64,000 nt of DNA from Camelus dromedarius. Lineage: Eukaryota. How positions within the stretch are numbered: the first letter of the stretch is position 1; each line of letters begins with the position of its first letter. Below are positions 23,354 through 36,748 of this stretch, piece by piece. Where the stretch lies: NCBI RefSeq assembly GCF_036321535.1, contig NC_087436.1, positions 80,044,001 to 80,108,000 on the forward strand, written 5' to 3'. The position numbers and the translations under genes were made by a program. The notes below the pieces were generated by a model that saw nothing but the letters and a program-made list of their open reading frames with translations, was not told where the DNA came from and ran no database searches.

Positions 23354-25484
23354 CAAAAGAATAGATTTAAGGGGCAAAGCCAAGGCCAATAAATAGATCA
23401 ACATCCCAAGGCCAAGCCAGCCATGGAAGCAGAGAACGTGATCTGAGCTCTGTTATGAGCTATACACATCAGACTACTAACTTAACCTTTCTGGAACAGA
23501 GTTTACTTATCTCTAGAGCGTGAAGTTTGAAATACATGTTCTCTTTCATTTCTAACATTCTATAAGCTCTGATATGAATTTTGAAAGGATAATGTCACAT
23601 GTTGCTGGTCTCAGGAGTCCTGATCCTGAGTCTTCTCTGTGGGACGAGGCAAGAATAATTGGAATAGATATTTCATGATTGTCTTCTGAGTTTCCGATTT
23701 CTTTAAGATGAAGAACCACCTTGAACTATCCCAATCCTCTCAACACAGACGTAACTAAAATTTGATGCCACTACCTTTATCCTGAGTCTAATCTTGTGTT
23801 TTCTCCAGATAATCACCTTCTTAGTCTTTTGTAAAAACAAAAAACAATGATTTCATCATAAATTAAGCAAATAAATAGGTTCAACCTAAATATTATTTGC
23901 AAACAATAAAATGAACAGGATGAAAGAGAAAATTGAACAAAAACTTCTCTGGAAATATTTTACATGGTGAAAGGGGCATCAGAAAGATAAATATAAATGG
24001 CACATTTTAGCTCAAAGAATAGAAAAATATAGTTAAGCTGTTGATGTTACTTCCGGTCATAATGACCTGGGGTATTATAGTCAAGAGAAAGTTATGAAAA
24101 TAATTGGAGAAGTTTTTGTTTACTTATTTAAGCCTATTGACTTAAAGACTCCGGGCAGATGTACAAAATATTCATTTGAATTGCAAATTGAATCCATCAA
24201 CTAAAGTTACATTTCTTAAGTCAAATTTGGAATCCCAAGCTATTAATTCATAAATAGTCTTCTGCAGAGTATATGAATTAGCCTACCTCAAAGACAGTGA
24301 TACAAACATTATTGAACAACATAAAATAACTTCCTTTTATTTTCCCATAATGTCTGAGTTCCAGGTTTCCTGGCTCTCTCATAATGCCTGATGGGGCAGC
24401 AGGGCAAATACGTGTGAATTGCAGTTGCAATATGAAAAGTGACTCCGGAAAAGGCGTGTTGGGGCTTTCAAGTTGATTCCCTGTCAGTAGCCTCTATATA
24501 AACCACCTCAGTGTCTAGGTCAAGCAATGCTTTTCATAGATGCGGGCACTGTCAGGTCAACGCAAGATCTGAACACTGAGATGCATGTACTCTGTCTCTT
24601 AAATCAGTCCCAATAACAATAATCTTTTGGGGGGAGAGGGAGGATGCAGGGAGGGAGAAGCTGATCTGATTCTAATTTATCATGAGTGTGTAGGATTCGG
24701 GTAGCTTTTCAAAGAGAAGTGAAATGCAAGAGGGTTGATTCTAGGACTGATCCATCTGCATAGGATATGGAAGCCTCGAGTCTGCTCAACCTCTTGGTTC
24801 TAGATGAGAGGCTCAAAGGCATTGGAGCTGACAAAAGCTTATGGAGTTAGAGAACTTAATATTTAAACAAGCATGACTACTTCAAAGATAAGTACAGGGA
24901 AAACAGAGACGTTTGCCCAGGTGCAAAGGAAACCTTGCAACCCTCAAGGGTGAAACTGACTTTGGGTATCTCTATACTCAGTTCAGCTAAAACAAAACTG
25001 CCAAAGCTGTTTGACGTTGGGTAGCCTCTGAATTAAATAAGGGAGTATATAAAGGGAAGAGAATTGTGTTTTTCACTTTCAGAAGCATAAATAAGCATCA
25101 TGTTGCATAGAGCAGAAATCTAAAACAGTTTGAATCATCAGTTTTACAACATATTTATGATCTTGATGCTTCATCTGAAGTTGAGTTCATTTTACGTATG
25201 TGAGAATAACCAACGGAAAAGTAGAAAGTTCGTTTAATCAATATTTTTTCTCGTTTGATAATGAGTAAAATGACTGGATTATTTAACCAGTTTGATACAA
25301 GCATTTAATGTCAATTGATACAGCCATAATCTCCTATTTTGATTTATCTATTAGTAAAATAAAGACAAGAAGTGATCTTTAAGGTTTCTCTCAGCTATAC
25401 AATATCCCTGAGGTCCACAACTGCTTTCAACATTCACACTTCTTATAGGCATTAATTTTCTCAGATATTAAAAGGCAAGAGAAG

Positions 25485-25735
25485 ATGATTAAGAGAAAGG
25501 GGTTTGAAGTCAGCCAGATCTGAGTTCAAATACTGACTCTGCCACTAATTAGGTATATAGTCTTGTGCAGGTTACCTATCCTGCTGGAACCTCAGTTTCC
25601 TCATCTCTAACGTGGGGTGATAATATAGCTACATCATAGGATTGCTGTGAGGAAAAAAAAAAATGAGATAGTGCAGATAAAACAGTTAGCATGGCACCGG
25701 GAGCATAACAAAGGCTCACTAGATATTTGCTATTT
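25485..25735 (+). mobile_element. MIR SINE, near full length
   Basis: gagttcaaatactgactctgccact...cctcagtttcctcatct...cataggattgctgtgagg. Confidence 0.85.
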
Positions 25736-26594
25736 TAATTAAATAACAGGTCTTTAAGTGACAAAGACAAAAGCAAAATATCATCTTCAAGTATTACTTC
25801 ATAAGTTAGTATTTCAATCTGAGAAGAGAAATAATGATCAAAGAAATCTACATTGACTACATAGACAGGCTCTCATGGAAAGTTACTATTTTCATGAAAT
25901 GAAAGAATGCAGATCTATAAAATTTTCCTTCCATGAAAACATCAGCCAGTGAAAGCTTCTTCACTCTGTCACACTTCAATCTCAATCAGGAAAAAAAAAA
26001 AAAAAAAAACGTAAATGCCCAATTATGGGGAGTATGGAAAGGAGAAAAATCTTCCTGTTCCCAAGGAAGTTAACAAACCATTAAAATTCCTTTATAAAGG
26101 CCCCACTTCCCAAAAGCCAGCTAGCTAGCAGTACTTTTAGATCCTGCCATCAGGGTAACGCTGAACTGATACCTGAAATGCAACAATTCCAGCCTTGTTT
26201 TCTGTTGTTTTGTTTTCTTATTTTACTTTGCTTTACAATGTGATGATCAAAAATGATCTCACTGGAAATTTGTAAAGCTCTCTCCTATCCAAGGGATCTC
26301 TTCCAAGATGGCTTCAAGGACACTCACTCTAGGCTTACTGGCTTTCAATCCATTGTATCAGTATTTACAGCATGCTGGTGCCAGGCATGCTCAGTGGGCC
26401 AGTGGGAGAGCTGGGTCCTAGCCGGAAGCATTCTCAGTGACTCTCTTCCCAAGATGTTTTCTGCAATTCTTAGAGCCAACAAATAGAATATTTGACTTGA
26501 CAAAACTCTCACGTTACAGGACATACTTTAAAAATTCTGACTCCTGTCACTTTGCTTCTGAAATCAAGCAAAAGCCTGATGTGGACTTTCCTTA

Positions 26595-26775
26595 CATTGT
26601 GGGGAGGCACAAAGTTGGAGTCAGGAAGACTTAGGTTCAAATCCTGACTCTGCATTGAATGCAGAGCTGTGTACACTGGGCAAGTGATTCATCTCTCTGA
26701 GACTCAGTTTCCTGACATAATACATATAAAGTACTTACAGTTACAGCAAACATTGGAGAAATATTTGTTGCTAAA
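26595..26775 (+). mobile_element. MIR SINE
   Basis: ggttcaaatcctgactctgc...gggcaagtgattcatctctctgagactcagtttcct. Confidence 0.8.
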
Positions 26776-28277
26776 TATTTGAAAACATTACTACTACTTT
26801 TCCACCTTAAAAATAAAAATAAAAAGGGCTTCTCTGGCCCATTCACAAAGCTAGTCCCGAGTAAGCTTTCCTGTGACTTATTTTTTTTCAGGTTGATCTT
26901 CATCAACAAGGTTCTTGTCTAGGAGACAGTACTCAGAGACTGGTCTAAGGAAGAATCAAAGATTTACTCTCATATACACGTTTATGGCTTCATCACCATA
27001 ATACCTAAGCATTCATGTGGACAACATCATTTCATCATAAATGAGACAGTTGTACTATTGAACTGTAATCCATCCATTGATTTATGGTCCCAAGTTCCTC
27101 CAAGGATTTTCACAAATGCCTGTGACGTCTTCTAGTGCTGGACTTTGAATTTGGATCTGTGATTTAGATGACAGATGTGTGAAATCATATGTAGCCAGAC
27201 AAATCCCGGGTGATAACACAGTTGAGGGGGCTCAAGCAGTGATGGATTAAGGCCCAATCAACCAGATCAGCTAATCGGAGCCCTCTTCAGGGACACTGGC
27301 CCTGATGCTTTAAAGGGGCACCCCAAATAAATTACTTTCCAGGAATAATACTTTCTGCCCTGCAGCTCATCCTATTCTACCTCCTTTCCCACAGTAAATC
27401 CTAATACCATCAGAGAAGTCCTGCCTGTTTCCAGAGAAGAGATTATTATGTTGGATTAATATTTGCCTATGCTCTATTGATGATGGGTTAAGTTTACTTC
27501 TAAAGTCTCATATTCCTAGTAGTAATGAGATTATTAATATGGTCAATTTGACTGATCACAACCGTTTCTGAAAGTCTGACAAATGTAGACACTACAAAGC
27601 CAAGGACTTAATGCTCTCTTCTTAGATGCTGAAAGGTTCACTCCAATGAAATCCAACAACTCACATTCAAACACAAACTCAAAGCCTCCCCAGGAAGAAG
27701 CTTGTATAAGAATTTGACACTGAAGCCTTTCCCCAAGAGTGAACCTTATGATGCCATGTTTAGGCTTACTTTCAAAAGAGATGCTCTCACATACTTTCAT
27801 GGAAATAGGAGGGAGGCAAGAAAAACCACACTTTAGCCTAGCAGTCAAGGAATATAACACAAGATAAAGAGCTAGACTAAAAGACTAGCAAAGAATGTTC
27901 TGACCTCCTCCACAAGGACCCCTCAAATGCAGTACAAATCCATGCACCTCCGGGGTGCTCTGTTTACTTTCATCAAAGGCAAGCTTCAATGCTTTTTTAT
28001 TTTGTCATTTGATTTTTGCTCTCAAGACCAACTTTCGACAATATTTTTCTTTTCCATCGCTGATAGAAGGGCTATCCAAAATAGGTCCCTGCATCCACCA
28101 ATGCATGCTGGCTGTGGGCCTCTAAGCAGGTCTGCCGGGCAGCCTCTGGATAATGAAGATCATATTTGTCGTAAGGCTCTGATGTCATTCATGACATGAC
28201 ATGAGCTTGAGAAGCAAATCAACGAGCGTACATGTCTGCATCTCTGATGGGACCCCGTCCTTGACTTGTTTTCTTAC

Positions 28278-28327
28278 CTGACTTCCATTTCTACCCTGAA
28301 ACCTCATGATGCTATTGTCCTTAGACC
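28278..28327 (-). other. Candidate small exon (50 nt)
   Basis: Acceptor gtcatctttcacAG and donor CAG|GTAAGA; internal ATG would give MRFQGRNGSQ, open to the donor; product not recognised. Confidence 0.25.
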
Positions 28328-28869
28328 CTGTGAAAGATGACACTCCTCTCTGGCACAGCATTCGAGTGGCTCACTGACCTAAATCCCTTTTTAAAATAGC
28401 TCTGCCTTATAGTGATCTTTCCTTTGCTGCAATGCATTAAAACAGGCTTCGAGCAGGAGGTTTCACACAGTGGAAGCTCACTCTAATACCGTGTCCCTCT
28501 CCCCTCCTCCTACTCCTGCACTGAAACAGAACAAAAGCATAAACAGAAACCAGCCAGTAGAGTAGCTATGAAACTGAATGCTGGCCCCCACACCCAAGAG
28601 CAATGGTTGTGAGCTAGATAGAAAACAAGCAAAGGCAAGGAGAATAGAAAACATCATAATCCACTTTATCAATTTTGCTTCTATTTGCAGGACCCTCTCT
28701 TTATGGGGTTTGTATGAAGCCAGATGCCTGTATTCTTCTGAGACAAGATTAAGAAAAACAAAGCAGTGATGGGGAACAAGCGTAATAATGTGACGGGAGC
28801 AAAGGTAAAATTTACAAGTCAGGTAAAACTGTTTAGATTAACAAAAAATTTTTGAAATATCCTCTAATC

Positions 28870-29059
28870 CAGGGGTCTGCAAACTACAGCCCAAAGACCA
28901 GATGCAGCCTGCCGCCTCTTCCACACCCATCGGTCTACTTATTGTCTATGGCTGCTTTTGTTCTATGACGCAGAACTGAGCAGTTGTGACAGACAGTGTG
29001 ACCCAGAAAACCTAAAATACTTACTATCTGGCCCTTTAGAGAAAAATTTTGTCAGTCTC
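28870..29059 (+). mobile_element. MER58A-like hAT-Charlie MITE
   Basis: caggggtctgcaaactacagccc...aaaatacttactatctggcccttta; 8-bp TSD ctctaatc/atctaatc (7/8 match). Confidence 0.9.
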
Positions 29060-29299
29060 ATCTAATCTTCAGAAGAGAACTTGTAGTATTTAGAAATTAT
29101 ATTTGCACACATACAATCTTTGAATAATTACATATTAAAACTCACCCATCTCTGTTTTATATGGAAAAGAATGTGTATACGGGAGGGGGTGGCGTGTGTA
29201 CACTCACAAGAATTTTGCCGGTGCCCTAAAATGAAACTTACATCACACTTGCCAGGAGAGCTTCCTGAATAGTCAGAGGTTTGGCATTGCAGAGAGTCA

Positions 29300-29512
29300 G
29301 TTGTGTGGGGATGGAAAGACTCCACTCGAAATCAAGAACTAAAAGAGTTGCAGTTAACGTCACCTTGGACAAGTCATTTAGCCTCCATTCCCTCACCTTT
29401 GGAATGGGAACCCTGATGCCTACCTATCCAGGTTGTGGAAATCAAATGAAATTACCTCTGTGTGTAAGTCCTTTGTTAAGACATAAATTACACAAATAGA
29501 AGTTGTTGTTAT
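29300..29512 (+). mobile_element. MIR SINE
   Basis: accttggacaagtcatttagcctc...aatgggaaccctgatgcctacct. Confidence 0.7.
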
Positions 29513-29989
29513 GCAGTGCCTTGAATGCTTTCCACATAAATGCTACTCTGACCAAGGATGTCTCAGTCAGCTGATTAATACAATTATCATTTTCCCTTAA
29601 TGTTGGCTGCCTCCCCCAGCCGCCCCCACCCCGTGAGCCCTCTACAAAGTATCAAAGCACCATTGCAAAGAAAGCATCATTTAGAATTTAGAGGTCTGTG
29701 ACGCAGGATCACCGCATAAGATGTTCGGTCCAGTCCACATCTGGAGTCATTTCAAAATGCTCTTTATAGAAGTTTGCCATTTTCTCCTACCTGCCATTTG
29801 TGGTTCATCTCCTGGCGTTTCCACACCTGACATTTCCTCCCTCAGCTGCTTGCAGCTTCCTTCATACCTGCCTCCTTCACTCCCTCTCACCTCACTGTCC
29901 CCTTTCAATTCCACCCCAGGCCCCTTTGATCCTTTGCTCATTTCTAATGCTGAAGGCCCTCTGAGAAGGGGGGAGGGGAGGAAAACAAA

Positions 29990-30850
29990 AGGTTAATTTT
30001 CTCCCGCCTGCCCAGGCCGACTTAATGTAACAGAAGGCAGCAAATTGTATTGATTTAGTGACATGCAACTGTCCAGAAAGAGCTATTTATACATTATTCA
30101 GGACAAACACTGTCATAATGGACAAACAGCAGCAGCATCTGGGATGTTAATGTCTACAAATAAGATTATTCTTTGAAAGGATTAGGATGAAGCATTTTGT
30201 GTAATTAGATTTCTCCGTTTCAGGAATGAATTGCCTTTTAGCAGTAAAAGCTGTCACTGAGGGAGCCATTAGCTCCTTATAACTGAATTAAATGCATAAT
30301 TAGTGACATGATCACATTAGGATTTGTTTCATTTTTAACTAATCTGAGGTGGGGAGGGGATGGGGGAGAGCTGGGGAGCAGAGGCGGTGCCATTTCCAGG
30401 TCACTGCGGCCTTCCTCAGCTGGGATAGGCCTCAGCTGGCGTGCTGAAGTTGGTAAAAGTCAGGCGTGTGTGAATCAGAGCCCGGGCCTCGCCACGGCGA
30501 CGGCGGGGCTATTCATCACTGGGTGGTGGGTGACAGTGACTGATGGGCTGGGCCCGGGCCTGGCACTTCACCAGTGCAAGAATCATACGAGCCAGGGAGC
30601 AGAATGACAGCTGGAGCGCTGTGTCAAGTGGTAGAGAGACCAGAGCTATTAATAATGTGTGCCACAGGATCTCGGCCGCGAGAAAACAATGATTTAGACA
30701 TTGGTGAGAAGAGAGATTTTACATTTAGTCCAGGGGTGACTCTTCTCCTCGGCACTTGTAGAATAAATCGCTAGGCAATCAGCATGTATGAAAATCAGGC
30801 AATGCATATATTAGAGCCTAGCTGGTGAGGGAGGGGGCCTGGGTGGGGAG
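29990..30850. promoter_or_regulatory. Enhancer-like repeat-free block
   Basis: Clustered TAAT/ATTA, FOX-like and TCF/LEF-like motifs, a CpG patch and two G4 motifs; function is inferred only. Confidence 0.35.
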
Positions 30851-32041
30851 GTTTAAATCCTCCCACAGGCTCTGGTCGCTGTTCATCCCGGTCCTCCGGA
30901 CATGTCTGCAAACACCTTGAGGTAGCGGGAGACAGTAAGTCAAAAGACATGGAGCAGGGCTTTTGCATTAGTTTACTCACTGGGTCCCTTCAGTGCTTCT
31001 TTGTTGAAAGTCTACTCCCAGGGTGCTGCTTTAGTGCTATAAGAGGAGTGAAGGGGTACAGGGCGCTATCTTTACCCTCAGGGAGCTTAAGGGAACTGAT
31101 GGGGAAGCCGGGCCACCAGCGTGTGTTGTTGGAATCCACAGATGTTCTCTTTGCTTGGAGGGACCTCTAGTTTGGTTTCTTGGTCTGAAGTGAGGTTGAG
31201 AAGGAACAAAGGTGGCTTGGTGAAGATAATTCTATTCAAATGACTCAATATTAAGCACGACTTACACCAGTGGAGGCAGCACCAAGGGATGGTAACGTGG
31301 GTGCTGAGACCGGTCACTGAGTTTGCAGAGGAGCTCCCTCCTGGCTTGGCCTTAACACTCTGTTACTGGAGGAACTGGAAGTTGTTGGACATTAGCTTCC
31401 AGATGGTTTCAAGTCTCTGGCAACAGGGATGGGGGATTCTCCAAGGAACAGAGGAGTGGAGAGCAATTAAAATGCTCCAGCCCTTCAAAGATTCATCCCT
31501 TCTTCCTCACCACTGGAGTCAACAGAATAACTTCATTTGGAGATCCATGATGCCCAGGGTTTACCAGGCTAGGGTAATCTTTTGATAGAGTCCACCCTGA
31601 AGCCAGGAAATAAATTAGAATCTAAAGATTAGACGAATACACTTGCAGACCTAAATCCTTGGGACTATAATTAAGATGTGTTATCGCAGAAAGAAAGATG
31701 ACTCATGATGGGCAAAGATAGTTGTGAGAAAACGTCATTGGTAACCATGAAGATTCGGTAACACGTTCTTTGTGCCCTCCTCAGGGATGGCTTGAGTTCT
31801 ATTAAACTCTGGTTAACCTTTGCTGTACCAGAATCAGATCATATCAAATCCCTTTAACTAACGGCTCAGAAAACATCAACAACAGAGAAGGAAGTAGCAA
31901 TCCTTATTCTTTAAAGTTACTGTGTGATAGAACTTGTAATTTTCGAATGAACTTTTGTGAATTGCTTGATAAAACAGAGAGCTTTCATGATGTTATGCCT
32001 GGAAAATGTATGTAAAAATTCACATATAACCTTTATATATT

Positions 32042-32140
32042 GGTGAGCATTAAGATTTCCTGTTCTTTGAGGCAAATATTGACCTTGACTTCACCTCGGT
32101 CAATATTTACCTCTCAGGTCAATAGATCTTGATGTTCACC
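32042..32140. mobile_element. Ancient palindromic repeat (MER135/Eulor-like hairpin element)
   Basis: 43-bp inverted arms (33/43 identical) around a 13-nt loop; family name from memory. Confidence 0.55.
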
Positions 32141-32414
32141 TCAACAGAAGTCAATATCTACTTATTATCTCATTTCTATCTGTCAGGTAGCAGTGTGTAA
32201 TCAGTAATGTGAATTTTCTTCCCTTATGCATTTCCTGAGGTTAAGATGGGATTAATTTTGGACCTTATGCTTTCCATTTGTTAAATACCCTCTCCCCACA
32301 GGAGCTAATGGAAGTTTTGTACAGAATATTAACTATGTATTTTCATCTTCTTCCATTGCTTTGTCTCTGCCACCTATCCCAATTTAAGGTAGCATAAAAA
32401 ATTTTAACATGAGA

Positions 32415-32540
32415 ATTTCATTCATTTATTCAACAAAGATTTACCATCTACCATTTATGTGGCACCAAGCTACATGCTTGGTGTGTAGTCAAGATATAGG
32501 TAGACATGGTCCCTGCCCTCAGGAAGCTTACTGTCAGTGC
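32415..32540 (-). mobile_element. L2 3' fragment
   Basis: ttcattcatttattcaacaaagattta...agacatggtccctgccctcaggaagctta. Confidence 0.8.
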
Positions 32541-32650
32541 AGTACTTGCCGAATCCCAATTTGGGGAAGGATGCCAGACGGGCTGCAGTTGCATCACTGA
32601 AAGAGTGTTTGGGGTCTTTTTTGTTTTGGTTTAGTTTCAGAGAGCACCCA

Positions 32651-32840
32651 AATGGTGTGCTGGTAAATAAGCTTTTGGGGGGGGGGGGTGCTGGCTAGTT
32701 GTATTTTGACTTTTGTGGTTTAAATACTCCTACCATGGTCAATTTCCAGCAACCAAGATGAAGTTACTGACGTGAAGTTGGGACGAGATGCACAGAATCA
32801 TGAGCCCGTTCACACCCACACCGGCTCCAGCACAGATGCT
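32651..32840. mobile_element. MER63-like hAT-Blackjack MITE
   Basis: tggtgtgctggtaaat...aaatactcctaccatgg...ccggctccagcaca. Confidence 0.75.
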
Positions 32841-32979
32841 GCCCTTTGTCTCCGTTTACCCACCGTGAGCATGTCACCCTCTCTAGTTTAGTATTTGTTC
32901 GCCATTCTTCTCCTTCTCCTCCCCTGCCTCCTCCTCCTTCTTCTCTCTTTCCCTTTCTCTCTGCATGATATTTTTTGGA

Positions 32980-33100
32980 GGGAGGGCTTTTTAAACACAC
33001 ATATTCCAAAACCCCAAATCAGTAGAGCTGCAGTGAGATTCAGGCGTTGTTAAAAACTCCACAGGTGACACTAATGAACAGCCAGGCTAAGGAACACTGG
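32980..33100. mobile_element. MER5-like hAT-Charlie fragment
   Basis: aaactccacaggtgacactaatgaacagccaggctaaggaacactg. Confidence 0.6.
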
Positions 33101-33861
33101 CCCAGTCTAGTAGACCTCACACCATTTTACTTATTCAATTTCAAAATTCAGAGCCTCGTGGATTCCACTTAGACCTTTATCCAGGGAAGAACCAGATGAA
33201 CTTCCTTGGAATCTTTCACGAGGCCAGGGCACCCTGGCCTTCTATCCATTTGGTTTTAAAGTTTGGTTTTGTACAACCTAACCCTCACCTGACCATATCC
33301 TATAAGATCTAACTTTTCCCTCTTCACTCTATTCACACAGAAAAATTATTTCAAGAGGCTCTTTACCTACCCAGAGTAACAAGAATCAAACCATAAGCTG
33401 AAAGTAGGACAAGAGGGAGTAAGATATAGTGAGCAGTTTGAATGATCAAGGAGTCATTGATAAGGAATTTAAGGATGGGCTTGGATGTTTTTAAGGCTTG
33501 TTAATTTACTCTCGGGAATGCTCTTGTAACTTCTGGATAGATTCGGCTATTAAGCTCTGTCTTAATTTATACAGTTTCGGTTAACATATCTGTTTACAAG
33601 ACAGCTCAAACTCTAACTCTTGGTTGAAAAAATTCAATTGTAAAGCACTCAACCACAACCTAGTGATGTGTACAGTGTTTTGATGAAGCACAGGAATGTG
33701 GAACAATGCTGATCTGTAAACATCGTCACCCTGCCAGGTGGAGGCGTCCTCTGAATGCAGGACCAGGCCATAATTGTACTCAAGTGCCTGGCAGGAATGC
33801 CTGGGAGCTGCCCAGTTTTGAGAAAGAGCAAATGTTTACTATTCCAAAAGACCTGATGGCC

Positions 33862-33995
33862 ATCAACTTACTAGCTATGTCACCTCAAACAAGTTACTTA
33901 GCATCTTTGAACTTCCATTTCTTCATCAGTCAAATGAGAATAATAACAATGCACACCTCACATTTTTGTTCTGAGGATTGAGTGAGAGATAAATA
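33862..33995 (+). mobile_element. MIR SINE
   Basis: acttactagctatgtcacctcaaacaagttacttagc...aaatgagaataataac. Confidence 0.8.
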
Positions 33996-34684
33996 AATCT
34001 GTTAATGGAGTCTGATGGATGAAAGGACTGTGCCTAAATTTTATTTCCCTTCTCTCTGCCCACCACCACTGCAACAACCACCCATATCCCAGTGATGACA
34101 GTATTTTATCTATAATTTAAAGTATCACATATATGCACACACATGTACACACAAAATACACAAATATCTTTTATAAAGTAGAGATGCAAAAATGGCGGGT
34201 GATAAAGAAATGATGGTGATAACGATGACAACGATTTAAAAAGAAGAGGATGAGTAGAAAGGGGAGCTTACAGCAACCAAAAAATCACCTGTTTGTAATT
34301 GACAGAACAGATTCATCACTTGAATTTTCCAACATGTGTTGGAAAACTATCAGACTAGCTTATCGTTGGAATACTATTGGAAATAGAGCTCAAAATTTTT
34401 AGAAAAGAAGTTAATTCTATTTGTTTACTTTCAAAAAACTAAGATGATAAATATTTTCTCTAAGAGTAAGACTAATTTTATGAAAACTTAAATCTCTAGG
34501 AAACAACCCCAAAATGATTTCTCATGTAGCTAGACTAATTCTGAACATTAGTCATTTGAAGAGGTATCAAATCTTTTTCACTCTAACATTTCCTAAGATG
34601 AAGGACTAATACAGAGAAGTAATTAGGTTCACTGAAAAAGTCATAATATTATTTATACTTTCCAGAAATAATCTAATATATGTA

Positions 34685-35029
34685 CTACTGATGCTTAAAC
34701 AAGGTAGGCGTTTGGGACGCCAACCCCCACACAGTCAAAAACCCATATATATCTTGAACTCCCCTACACCTTAATTATTTATACCTTACTGTTGACTGGA
34801 AGCCTTACCTATAACATAAACAGCTGATTAACACATATTGTATGTGTTACGTGCACGACATAACTGTATTCTTACAATAAAGCAAGCTAGAGAAAAGAAC
34901 TTGTTATCATGAAAATCATAAGGAAGAGAAAATAAGTTTACAGTCCATATATGTATTTATAGAAAAAATCCACATATATATATAAGTGGGTCCATGTAGT
35001 CCAAACCCATGTTGTTCAAGGGTCAACTG
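34685..35029. mobile_element. TcMar-Tigger MITE (Tigger2/MER8/MER28 family)
   Basis: Right TIR gttgttcaagggtcaactg; degenerate left TIR after a TA; internal tactgttgactggaagccttacc and ctgtattcttacaataaag. Confidence 0.85.
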
Positions 35030-36671
35030 TGTATTCACTTGGCGTGATTATTTAAAGTTCAATATTAAGCTCCAAATCAAATTCTGCAAAGAAACCCTAA
35101 AACCAGCAACCCTCAGAAATGCCTCTTCTGTAGACCCTAGGAGCACTCTTTCTGAAACAGCTGGAATGGTTGAGGTGTTTACAGAAATGATTTCAGCTCA
35201 TAGGTGATCTAGTGGTTTAGGTGACTCACTTCCATCGGAGGAACTCAGGTATTGCAGACATTTCTGTGAACTAGCTGTTCGCCCTCCCTGGCCGGCTAAA
35301 TTTACCTAGAGAGGTAAATAACAGCCACCACAGAAGTTCCCAGCTGCTTTTCACTGTCTGATTACTTTATGTCCCATCGCAGATGTACAACACAGAATTC
35401 AGTCAAAAGAAAAACAGCTTCCAGAGGCAACGATACTCATTTCCAATAGATCTGTTAAGTCCGACACAGTTAAAATGGCGATCATTTCAGTTTTAAACTG
35501 ACTGTGACGAAAATCAATAGATCTCTTTCACCTCTGAAAAACTGGGTTCAGACCTGAATTTGCTCTCAAGTGAAATCAATTTGGTGGCCTCTTAACCCAG
35601 TGTCTGGGAGCCACTGGTCCCCATCACACAATCACCCTGTTGCTTTTATTCAGCCTGGTTGCCTTCACTCTAGAGAGACAAAGGATCGCAGGTGAGGGAA
35701 AAGCCAAGATGGGGCTGAGAATGAAAGTTGGCTTAGGGAAAATGTGACAACCACTAGTCAGGTGACGGTAGTGCTTTACAGGGTGGGGGTTTTGATGAGC
35801 AGGAGGGAGAAATTCCATATCTTAATGTCAGGATTCGTATCTTTGTACAGAGCTTCTCTCTTACACTAATTCTGGGTATACTGCTCATTTCCTTTTCTCT
35901 TTTGAAACTGAAGTGAAATTTACACTTAAAAATTCACAATGACAGACATGGGGAAAAAAACCCAATAATGTTGGAAAATATGAGAGCTTAAGAAACACGG
36001 AGTTTAGAATAAAAAGTGTCAAAATTCATGTAATAGGGATTTTTGAGAGAAACACTAGAGGATTAGGAAGATACAATATTCAAACTGATGGAAATTTCAC
36101 TTGCAATGATGGATTAGACTCTTCAGACAAACTCTCATTTTGAAACTAACAAGTTAGTGATACATTATTGGGCAGAATCTTAAAGAAAGGACATCCAGAG
36201 AGGCAAACTAGTTACTTGATAAACTAATTGAGTGGTGAGTGTTTGCTGGTCTGAAAGAGATAGCCAAGAGGCTAAGAACCTTCTAACAGTATATTTTCAC
36301 TTCCCTCCTCCTTGCCTTTAGGACATTGCTTTCATACATTTTATTTCTACCAATGGAACAAACCTCACAGTATATCATTGTTGTTACTATACTTGTAATA
36401 AGCTTTTAAAGAGTTATAGATAATAAGGACATAATCTTACATGTCATATTAAATCTTATATCTTAGGTATAGCTGTAAAAACAAAAATTCACAGTGAAAG
36501 TAAGACTAGATGTTGAAAGCAAAAATTTTAAAGATCTATAGATGCTATTTAGAATTTTAAGCCTTCAAAAATCAAAAAGTTAAAACATATACAATATCCA
36601 CATTCAATCAGGTGTTCATGGGACAAACATGTTCTGATTTGGTTTCTTTGTTAGTGACATGCTAAGTATTC

Positions 36672-36688
36672 ATATGTGTGTGTATATA

Positions 36689-36726
<38 letters not shown>

Positions 36727-36748
36727 CACACACATATATGTATATATA
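36672..36748. repeat. (TG)n/(TA)n/(CA)n compound microsatellite
   Basis: Seen directly. Confidence 0.9.
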
